A stretch of DNA of 64,000 nt from assembly GCA_030704615.1 (NCBI GenBank), contig CM060732.1:55242001-55306000 (forward strand), written 5' to 3'. The translations under genes were made by a program, and so were the position numbers. This DNA comes from Takakia lepidozioides. Lineage: Eukaryota > Plantae > Bryophyta. Shown piece after piece: positions 53,616 to 64,000 of the stretch; the stretch's first letter is position 1; each line of letters opens with the position of its first letter. The notes below the pieces were generated by a model. The model was not told where the DNA came from and searched no databases. It was given only the letters and a program-made list of their open reading frames with translations.

Positions 53616-56397
53616 ACGGAGAACACACGCAACTGATACCACACATGGAAAAGAAGGTCAGATATCCAGCAAAATTGATTCCAGATGACAAACAGCACTA
53701 TAGCTTGGACCTTACCAACAATAGTCCTGGAGCATATACACCTATCACATTCTTTGAGATTGAAGGTTTAGTACTTATGCTATTTTGGCTGCACACGCCA
53801 AATGCATGTAGGAAGGCCGAAGACGCAACTGGCAATGGTAATGCCAACAGCTGCCCACCTCAGTACTGCTATTGTACTTCCACTGTTGCCACTGTCACTC
53901 CCACCTCATCACACAGCGATCAGCCCCATCTTCCATGCCAAGGTGTTTGCTGTCTCTTTTTGTAAGGAATTCAAGAGATATCCCATACAAATCCATAAAA
54001 AATGTGTAGACTGCTGCTTAATCCCACTCTGGTTCTTCATTCCCAGTGTCATGCTGCTTGGTAGATGCCACACTCTACACCCACCACATTGTTGCTTGGT
54101 TGGCCATAAGCCTTTTGGGAACTTAGGGTTATCAGTGCCAAAGCAGCTTCTTCCTTGGCAACGCTCGCATTGACTCGTTCCATTCACACTTTGCTTGACC
54201 ATGGTGTGAAATTATCAGCGAGCAAAAGAACAAGAAACACTTAGTCGAACTGCAGAAGCACACACCGAACATCCACCGAAGCACTCAGTGGAATATGTAC
54301 TCAGAGGAAGCCAACATATTGGACTGCAGATTCTGAGAAGGTAACAGCTTACAGGATGGAAACAGTATGACAGTTTTCCATGCTGCTAGAACACCTCAGC
54401 TATTCGAATCCCAAATAGAGATCTGCTCACATCTAATACTGGCATAAGATTAGTGCAGCAGCGAAAAGAGAGATACAACTCTGTACCACCGCACAACACC
54501 TGCAAAGAAACTCTTGTGTGTACTGCTTACCTGACTACAGACACAAGCACCCCTATTCTCCTCTCCTGCTTTCTGCCACCATCCAGCTGAATGTCTGCAT
54601 CGCCCCTCGTCTTGTCAACCTACACGTGTGCCTGCGGGGTTTCTCAGCGAAAACTCAAAAGTAGGCATCCCTGGTGTAGCTTGCCTGCCCAAGAACCTGA
54701 TGACTTCATCCAGAGTATATGTTGTATTCTATATGTGAATTGATCACGTGTTGTATGATTTCTGTAAGCCTTTTAGCTTGTCCCATAGTAACTGTGGTTA
54801 GCATTAATCACTAAAAATCACATGTCCGAGTGCATCTACTCATATCCAGCTTGCTGTAAGTTATGCAGTGTGTGATGCACCACCTGATACTATCTGCATA
54901 AATCTTTATAAATTCAAATAATTACAAGACCAAGACCAAGAAACAGACAGTCACACTGTAGCATGCAGAACAAGGCCGAATTGAACAGTCAGGAAGAAAA
55001 ACAAATATGACTTAAAAGCTGGACATAAAGGAAAGAAGCCTGGCTGTTTGTTGCTAAAATAGACAGGTCACAAGGGGGATGCTGCCAACATCTGTGCACT
55101 CAGCAGCATGGCACTAGATGTCTGGTTGTTCCTGCAAAGGTTTTGAGGAGGATCTAGCTGCTGCTGCTATTCCAAAGAAAATACACATAATGAAGACAAA
55201 GGCCTTTAAAACAGAAACTACAGACAAGAAAAACAAATGCATTGAATACATGCAAGCCCTGCCCTGTTACAATTATGAATAGGTTGTGAGAATATGAATA
55301 GGCTGTCAAACCCTGTCATTGCAAGCTTCAGAAGCTTTAGAATCAACATGCTAATGCTAAGTGTCCTCACAATGACTGAAGACCGTGCAGATCATTGTAT
55401 CTATAATTATGGATCAGATACATCTATATCTGTCTTCAGCTAACTCGTTCTTTGAAACTAATCCTGCCTAGGAGCATGGCCAACAAACCTAGTCACAGAC
55501 ACACGATTCTCATGGGTTTCTCGCGAATTTGTGGAACCAGGACTAGAAATAGGAAACAGAAAAAAAATAAAGGAAAGCGAGGTATGGTAAGGTTACCGCT
55601 TGCTGCAGTGTAGTGAATTCACTGGAAGGAAAGGAATGGATGTACATAGTGGCAGTGGCCGGTGGTTTTGCATCTGTGCTGATCTGTTACCTGCGGGTAA
55701 GAGGATGAATCCCATGATGGTTCATTGTTCAACAGCCTCATGCCTCAAAAATGGAAGGGGCTATTTTCTACCCTTCCTCTAGTAGGGCCTGAATTGTGAA
55801 GGAAAACAAAAGGAAAACTGTAAGAACTTAATGCAGGCGTGCCAAGATGCAGCTTTTCCAGTTTTGAAGCATTGCCCCCCAGGTTTCCCTTTCTACAAAA
55901 AAGAGAAAAAGAGAAATATATATAAGTGTTGATTCACTACATATATGGTTGGGCCCTCTTCAGCATTCCTTTATTGGTTCACCTAACACCAAGTCAAGAT
56001 AATCAGATGTCTCAGTTCCTCCTAGTGGAGTACAGGCACCGTCTTGAATCCAGTTTCTAGATAGGCTTGATCTTGAAGTGAAGGCTGATTAGTGAAAAAA
56101 CAAAGCACTTCAAATCCTGCCATTGAAAAGAATTTATCAGTACCAAATTTCTGCCTAACAGGAACCCCCCCAACATTTCTAATCTAAGAGTCCAGTGGAA
56201 GGCAACAAACCCTACAAACTGATGAAACAAAAAGAACCTGCAGTAAGAAGCCGTGGAAGTGTGCACGTGGAAGCCGTAACTGTGCACCAAATTTCTGCCC
56301 AACAGGAAAGGAGACAGCAAATCCAGGTGTTTGTGCCACTGAGAATCCAAGAAGATTGACATTGCTATGCAATGGAACCAGCAACGAGGCAACCTAC

Positions 56398-58810
56398 TTA
56401 CATGAGAGGATTGTCAGCTGGATGTGCCCTGATCCTTTCAAGAAGAGAGTACACAGACATGCAAATGCGTTTCACTCTCTGATATCCAGGTTTTACTGTA
56501 GCTATAGAGTCCTTGATGGCATCGGCTGTCACCCGCTTGCCATTTCTCCACCCCAAACATTCCATCTCCACTTCACACGGAATACTTCCAAAAGGATACT
56601 CCGTCCTGCACATTTGCCAAGCTGTCCTTATAAACCAGAAAATACATGCACTGGTGTAAGAGGCATAATGATGCACACTCTGAACTTAGCCACAGATGTA
56701 AGGACCTTGCTAGTTTCAGAAGTACCTTATTAGCGACTGAAAGTCCAGCAACACTGTGAACTTGAACAAAAATAGCCTATGGAAAGCTTCCATCACAGTG
56801 CAAGACCATTTCTGCAGCTGACATACTATGCGACAGTGATGATTGGAAATGCTTACCAGCTAAGAGATGGAAATGGGGGGAAATCATGAAAGTATGGCGA
56901 CAGTTGTAAATCTCTTCCATGAGATTAATCAATGATGACACCTTGAAGCTTGTGTCCTGAACAATAACGAAGCAGGACCATCCTTCAATCAATTGTACTT
57001 CAATTTGCACCAGAGGCACAGCAACATCACATGCTTTGCTGAAAGTAATGTCAGCAAGAAGACAGAGCACAAAATGCCCCAAGGTGTGGAAAGGAACCTG
57101 AATGACAGCACGCACACTAGATGGCTGTGCTGGGTTACAGTGCCCACAGAGAAGCACTTGGAAGACTTGTGAGGCATTGACATGAGGAAACGTCTGCATC
57201 CGAAAAACATACCACAAACACGAGCCTTAGTCCTCTACCATTACTTCAAGGAGCAGCACTACCTGTAAAGGGGCCGAGGAAATGTACCTTATCTATGGCC
57301 TTCGCGTTGATGTCAAATGTGCTTCGGAGGGAGGCATTCTCTGGCTGGCCCATCTTCACATGAACTCTGCTCACACACAGCATGCATGAGTGAGCAAGAC
57401 AACATACAGATTATTACATTGGTGGAAACTTGCAAGTCTAACCATGAATGCTAACCTAATTTATTCATCAAGAAATTGCTGCACGGAGGGAAGATGTCGT
57501 TCTCGCTATCTTTAGCAATTCATAAAAAAACACATGGTAATTTTAGGATCTATCAGGGTTTAGTTGAGGTAACAAAGGCAACCACCTGTGGGTGACCAAT
57601 GAGTAATAGTTGAGCTCCTGGATACACTCGTCTCCCTCACTGTATTTTCTCGCAAGCTGCCAATCCTACCACAACCAGAATGGTCTTGTCTAAAACTGTT
57701 CCCAAGACTAGCAGGAGTATGCAACTTCAGGTCCACCACTATTATCACACTAATTCTTATAAGTCACATGCAATAACTTACAATGCAGACCTCTGAAGAC
57801 GAAAGGAGTATTGTCACCTACCGGCATACACCGTAGAAAGAAAAACCGGTTCCGAAGCTGGTTGACAAGAGTCTCTGGTTGGACAGCAACTCTCCTCCAT
57901 CGTCATGCTTCTACCTTGGCATTTCTCAACAAGAGAGTGGCGGAGTTCTTGGGCAGTGGAATCTAGTTCTGCCAACCGTCTTTTCAGCCTGGCAACCTTG
58001 TCCTGGGCTTCCTGGTAGACCACAGAGCATGTTAATACGAGAGGTGGAGGGGTTAGAATTTACTAAAAATGTTAAGATGGTGAAGCCCTTCACAAGGGGT
58101 AACCAGATACCCCTGAGATTCAACTAATTTGACTGCTTTCAGAAGTCAACCGCAGCTTGCAAGACTTCCTGAAATTGTTGCCCTGTAAACTTAAAGGCAG
58201 AACACAATGTTAGAAACGTTAGGAAGGAGAAGCCTATAGAGAGGGATCACCTCAAATTCAATCCTGGCCTCCTCTGCCTTGGTGTTTAAACGTGCCTCTT
58301 CCTTCGCCTTTGGGCCAAGGAGCTGGGCTTCTGATTGCAGGAAAAGTACTGGGACCCCTTTACGTCCCTTGACAACCCCACCAGTATTTCATGTGCTTTT
58401 ACATTCTCAGGAGTCTTTTCCTGTGCTTGACTTTGAAAAATGATACTCTTTCTCCTTGGAGCATAGTCATCAGTACAGTGAGAGAAAAAGTTTAATTTCA
58501 TGGGCTCCTGGTCCCTTCGTTGAAGGAACCGTTGCATCACTTTCCGGGCACTGCTTTGACCAGCCTTCTGCTGTGATATTTGTTTGAGAGTGTGCTCAGC
58601 TTCTTCCGCCACATGCTGGAAACCATGTTCGTCTTTTTCATTGGCCAATTGCTGCTTGGGGGTCTGCAGGCCACTAGCCATGGAATGGTTTGTCTCTTCA
58701 TCCATTACACCCAATTTTTGCTGGCATGTAGGATGTACATCAGGGGATGACAAAAGGTCACTGAACCTTGGAATAGCTTCTGTAACATCGTGGGCATGGA
58801 TGGATGCTTA
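56398..58810 (-). CDS. Short KNL1/Spc7-like kinetochore protein (coiled coil + RWD C-terminal region), multi-exon; ends and integrity uncertain
   Basis: Exons encode EAQDKVARLKRRLAEL (coiled coil), TFPHVNASQVFQ..AVIQ, DTSFKVSSLINLMEEIY, FTVLLDF, EYPFGSIP..DAIKDSIATVKPGYQRVKRICMSV, resembling the recalled plant KNL1 RWD region. Confidence 0.6.
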
Positions 58811-59544
58811 ATTTGCATCCAGATTCCATTCGTCCTTTCAGATTTAATATATCAGAAAATCGCAGAACTTGAATCAAAATTCCCCAGGATTTAGAGAGAG
58901 AGAGCGAGCCGTGGATTCCCGCGCAAATGTATTTGTTACCGCGCACGTAAACCAGGGTTTTTACAGATGTAATTCGTTTTTTTTCTTCTCTTAAAGAAAG
59001 GGGACGGTAATTTAAAGTGGACGAGCAAGAAAAAAAAAAAAAAAAACAAAATGAAGGGAAAAAAAAAGAAAAAAAAGAGGAAGGGAAAACAAAAAATAAA
59101 TAGAAACAACGTCGCCTTCGCCGAACGTACCTTGGATCTAGACTACATGGAATGCTCCACTCCGAATGGAGTATACTTACAGATTCTTGACAGTGACGAC
59201 GATTGATGCTGATGCGTTGTAGTTCTGCGAAATTGGTGATGTCGTTGGCTTCTGATTCAGGGATTGACGTCCACCTAAAGGAGAGTTGGAATTTTGAAGG
59301 GATGAAGGTGGAATGTTATGGTTGAATTTGCTGGCCACTTACTAGACTCGTAAATAGTGTGTGTAAGAGGAAGAAAGAAGAAAGTAGAGACACAGATTTA
59401 GGAATTGTCTTGTAGCCACATCATAGTCATGTACATATACACAGGGTCTAAATGTCATCAACAATTATAGCTTGAGAGCTAATAGATTTGGTAAGTAATT
59501 ACAGCTCTTTCGAACTGTCCTCTATCATTTTCCTCACTGTTGTT

Positions 59545-61090
59545 TGATCATCCCACCTGCCAGCCACAGTATACATGTTTAATAACAGGACATGCACTGC
59601 AGTATGCTGTGGATCCCTCTTGACAATATTTTGGCTGTACATTCTGCTACCTCTACATCATCAAGTCCTCAGGCACCAAGCAAAGCCCCCCACACCCTGG
59701 CATTTTGTGAATCAAGTCTTCTGCCTGATCCAATTATCCTGCAGCCGAGAAGGTCCACCATGCAGCCAAAATGCTCCACTGTTGGAGTGAAGCCATGATC
59801 CTGCAAAATGGAATCGAAGTAGTGACTATTTGGCTTTGAGCCTTTCCATTGCAATTTTTCGAACAGTTAACGAGCCTCCCTACCACAACCATGCTGGGCA
59901 CATCTTGCAATCATTGCACTCCATGTGACCACATCTTGTTTAGCCATCTTGTCCAACACTTGAAGGACATCCTTTATGCTCCCACATTTTGCATATTTCA
60001 ACGAGAACAGTCTCAAGATTTATATATGATGGAACGCCAGATCCAATAATGTCGACATACACCTCCTTTGCCATTTTCTGAGCTCCGGACGGTGGCACAT
60101 ACATTGAGAACACAATTGAGGTGACCTTGTCAGGCACAAAGCCTTCCCATTTCATCTGCTTTCACTATTCAGAGCCTCCCAACCATACCCATGCTGAGCA
60201 CATGCTGCTACATGGCAGTCCATGACACCACAGTGTGTTTAGCCATGTTGTCGAACACTCGATGTACATCTTGTACACCCCAACATTTGGCATACATTTC
60301 AACAAGGGCATTTTTCAGTATAACATCTGACTCAACACTCTTGCTAACTTCAGCATGGATCTCTTTGCTTTCTGCCAGGATTCTTATGCTAGCACACTAA
60401 GAACACAAATGAACATGACCTTGTTCGACATCCCCCCTTCCCGCACCATTGGCTCATACATCTCCCAAGCCTCCCTACCACAGCCATGCTGAGCATATCC
60501 TGCGATCATGGCATTCCATGAGACCACATCCTGATGAGCCCTATTGTCAAATACTCGATGGGCATCGACAAAACTCCCACATTTGGCATACATATCAGCA
60601 GGAGAATCACATCTCGAGCAATCCCAGCTTTCATGATGTCACCATGAATCCCATTGCACTTTTCCAGGGCTCCAACGATGGCGCATGCATTGAGAACGCA
60701 AATGACTGTGACCTTGTCAGGTGTGGCCGCTTCCTGTATCATTTACTTTTAGATCTGTACAGCCTCCCTACCACAGCCATGCTGAGCATATCCTGCAATC
60801 ATAGTGGTCCATGAAATGACGTTTCCTCTAACCATACTGTCAAATACTCCACGTGCTTCCCTTACACTCCCACACTTAGCATACATGTCAGCAAGGGAAG
60901 TCCAGCTTTAATAATCTCTGCATAGACCCCTCTGCCCCTTTCCAGGACTCCTCGGCTTGCACGCACATTGAGAATGCACATGACTGTGACTTTATCACGT
61001 GTCACTCCTTGTCCTATCATTTGCTGATACATCTCGAATACCTCCCTCCTGAGCATATCCTGTGATCATGGCGCTCCATAAGACCACATT
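59545..61090 (-). pseudogene. Decayed PLS-E PPR gene
   Basis: Frameshifted motifs [49 protein letters not shown]; E2 remnant; no DYW seen. Confidence 0.9.
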
Positions 61091-62209
61091 TTATCACCAT
61101 TAGGGCTTCTCAAAGTTATCAAACCTCTAAGGTTTGGTTGCATTAAACAGTGGATGTGGTTGTTGTGAGCTGGGCCTACCATCTGTGGTTGATTGACCAA
61201 AGCCTAACCCAGCAAGCAAGGAGCTGCTCTCATCACCGAATCCAAGTTTACCCATCAGTTCCTTGAGTCTTATCTATGCATAACAGCACTCAGAATCTAA
61301 CCCACAAGCCAATTGATACTTCACATGCACCCCCGCTGCCTTCGTCAATGCATTGGGAAGGTGCCTCATTAAGTACTCTTCCTTATCTCCACCCCTTTCC
61401 AGTGGGCTGCTCATCATGGCAGAGACATTTAGACCTCATTTCTCTTGTTCTTTGTTATTCATTATTCTTCTACCTTTCCCTGGAGTCTTCTGCAGAATGC
61501 AATAAATTCCTTATTCTTTCCCTGGCTGAGGTCTTAGCATAGAGAAGTTGATATGCCTTTTACTCCAAATAGGTTCTGATGTTTTGTACAGCAGCAGGCC
61601 TTATCCGTACTCATGGAGTTGTCAGTTGAAATTGGCCGCCTGCCTCACTGACACATATACATATAATTTCCCTAAATCACAATGATGACTCAAACAATTC
61701 TAAGGTAGATAGTCACATCAATTAGCAGTAGTGGAATAGCAGAAGTCCAGCCTTTTCTCTTCAAGGGCACAACAGAAAGAGAGAAGAGGGGCCTTACGAG
61801 AGTTTCCAAGGACGATGCACTCCTGTACACTGCTACTCCAACTCGCCTCATTGCACATCTTTGCCCTGGTTCAATGTTCTTTCCCCACCTGACCACGTTC
61901 CTGCCAACCACCCCAATTCTTGGTTTGTGATAAAGTTAACATCCACTTTATATCCTACACACTCAATGCCACACACAAAAACATTCAAACCTGGCCTAAT
62001 CACAGCATGTGGTATTTTTGAATCACACTAGTTCCTATGCTGAATTGCGTCTTCTACTCTCTGTCTGTTACCTGTATCTGGATACTTTCCTGTTGTCACA
62101 TTGGCAGTATCATGTCAAAGTCACCGTTACAGAATTCAACATGCAATTAGGGCCGGTTCTGATAAGAGAAAAAACAGGGTGAAATGTGTTGAAAAAAGTG
62201 CCTTCATTA

Positions 62210-62580
62210 ACAGTGCCGCTGCTGCTGCGGCTTCCAGTTGACCATCTACCCATGCACGTTCCTTCCAGCTATCGATGCACAGGAAACCACAGCTAATCTT
62301 GAGCTTAAAATCCAGCCCTCTTGGATGAATCTGAACCCACACTCTACCCCTACTCCTTCAGCTATCCATGCTCTGCACAAATCATGCATACATCCTTGCA
62401 AACACCTTATTACAGTAATTCCAATTCTGAATTGCATCTGCTTCTCTCGTAATCCAACAGGCATTCACCTTTTTGTCTCCATTGTCCCACCATTCACTGG
62501 GGTCGGAAAAGTGTTCATTCCAAAGCTTCTCCTCATCTCTGTTACCTGTTTTTGGGTACTTTCCTACTGCCACGTCTACA
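62210..62580 (-). pseudogene. Degenerate OSB-type PDF motif split by an intron
   Basis: LWNEHFSDPSEWWDNGDKK|gt..ag|IHPRGLDFKLK..LCIDSW..WVDGQL vs recalled consensus W..FF..P..WWDNR..K.NP..PDFKHK...LW. Confidence 0.65.
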
Positions 62581-62978
62581 GTAACGTATCAAAGTCAATC
62601 CAAACTACCTAATATGAATGATTAATGTGGTAATATGCTTTTCTTTCTGTAGGTACGGCTTGAGAAACCTGAACGCAAGCATTATCCATTATTAGGGCAG
62701 TTGAGGGTGGAATTTAGAAAAAGAACAATTAAGAGTATCACATTAAAAGACGTGTGTCGGATGGTGACATGTATTTGTTCTTTTTGTTTTTTAAGGGAAA
62801 CACCTGGGAGCGACAGCTGACACGTATTGATGCCACGCAGATGGTTGACAAATAGGACAGGAGCTGTATTTGGAACAACACATCCAAACAGGAAACACTG
62901 TGAAAGTTCTACGAAGCAACCTGCAGTCAGGATAAACCCCCTCCCTGAAGCTTGGAGCCCACCCTGTTCCCTGCGTGC

Positions 62979-63878
62979 ATGGGCTGCGAAGACGTCTGCG
63001 AGAGAGAGTGCAACGTAATGGCCCATCCTGATCAAGAAATTGATTTTCAAGCTCTCATTAATGCTCTACCAGAGGTCGATGATGATGACATTCTAGCTCT
63101 CCTTAATGCTCTACCAGAGGTCGATGCTGACCAGTTTTTCGAGACAGACGTTACGGAGCCAATGGTGGACGAAACTGAACTAACGGATTCAGCGGGTTTT
63201 CGGGAATTGGATCCGAGCATAATGGCCATTTACCAGTTTCTCGAGACAGACTGCATGGACAAATTGCCAATGGTGGACGAAGCTGAATTACCGGATTCAG
63301 CGGGTTTTCGGGACTTGGATCCCAACATTACGGCCAACGACCAGTTTCTGGAGACAGACATGATGGATAAATTGCCAATGGTGGACGAAACTCAAGTACC
63401 GGATTCAGCTGTTTTTCGGGACTTGGATCCCAACGTCGCCAATTCTTATCAAGAAACGAAGAAAAGAAAGAGAGATCATGGAGACAACCATATTGCTTTT
63501 GCAGACTACCCAGGTGACCACAGGTGTCCGCGATGTGCGTCTGATAAGATCCGGTTCCTGTATTGGAACAATAAATCGAAGGGTCAACCTCGCTGCGTGT
63601 GTAAGAGTGGAGTTTGCCTCAATTTCACCTTCACGTTGGGTGGAACGCAGCGGGAGAAACGCAGGGGCATGCAGGCCGATGATGCAGGCATACAAGTTGC
63701 AATACCCAAAATTCACTGCGGTAAAACTACCCATCCTGTCACTTCCATGCAGCCCACACACGCTTCTTCTTCCAGGGAAGCACTATCCTTCCAGTACGAG
63801 AAGCTAAATTTCATGTGCGGAGAAACTGCACTATCCGTCAAGCAGAAGCTCAATCTCATCTACGGCCGCAGCTTCTAG
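62979..63878 (+). CDS. Divergent Dof-type zinc-finger protein with N-terminal acidic tandem repeats
   Basis: CPRCASDKIRFLYWNNKSKGQPRCVCKSGVC..FTLGG vs Dof CPRC.S.NTKFCYYNNY...QPR.FCK.C.RYWT.GG; NLS-like KKRKR; start codon uncertain. Confidence 0.7.
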   Translation: MGCEDVCERECNVMAHPDQEIDFQALINALPEVDDDDILALLNALPEVDADQFFETDVTEPMVDETELTDSAGFRELDPSIMAIYQFLETDCMDKLPMVDEAELPDSAGFRDLDPNITANDQFLETDMMDKLPMVDETQVPDSAVFRDLDPNVANSYQETKKRKRDHGDNHIAFADYPGDHRCPRCASDKIRFLYWNNKSKGQPRCVCKSGVCLNFTFTLGGTQREKRRGMQADDAGIQVAIPKIHCGKTTHPVTSMQPTHASSSREALSFQYEKLNFMCGETALSVKQKLNLIYGRSF

Positions 63879-64000
63879 TGACCACGGATCATATATTTAA
63901 GTTCTGTACAGATCCATCTTGAGGATCGGGACGGTTGTTGCTTCATTTGCTGAGGATTACAAGCGAAGTACAGTGATCTTTGAGGACATGTTTTAGAATG

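Overview
Gene-dense nuclear DNA of a non-seed land plant (most likely a bryophyte; inferred from gene style, short GT-AG introns and many PLS-class PPR loci). Host genes I can reconstruct: an EF-hand/TPR protein (5' part, minus, runs off the left edge), tRNA adenosine deaminase TADA (4 exons), mitochondrial dihydrolipoamide dehydrogenase plus a decayed partial duplicate, an RCC1-repeat RUG1-like gene (~15 exons), an intact PLS-E-DYW PPR RNA-editing factor, COX11 (6 exons), a short KNL1/Spc7-like kinetochore gene and a divergent Dof-like gene with acidic tandem repeats. Three further PPR loci are decayed. Intergenic and intronic DNA holds nested TE debris: an RLE-type (Dualen/RandI-like) LINE, a nearly full-length APE-RT LINE, a second LINE family seen only as 3' fragments, Harbinger, CACTA, Copia and Gypsy pieces, and MITEs. 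The most interesting signals are (i) a covarying three-way-junction RNA with a loop-E (AGUA/GAA) motif, present in 5-6 copies, which forms the 3' end of the RLE LINE and the tail of a tRNA-headed SINE; (ii) a 332-bp TRIM whose LTRs carry a tRNA-like Pol III promoter, analogous to Cassandra's 5S; (iii) rolling-circle-like termini around a PPR-DYW pseudogene, with the same 5' module ahead of another PPR fragment. All family assignments come from recalled motifs; no searches were run.
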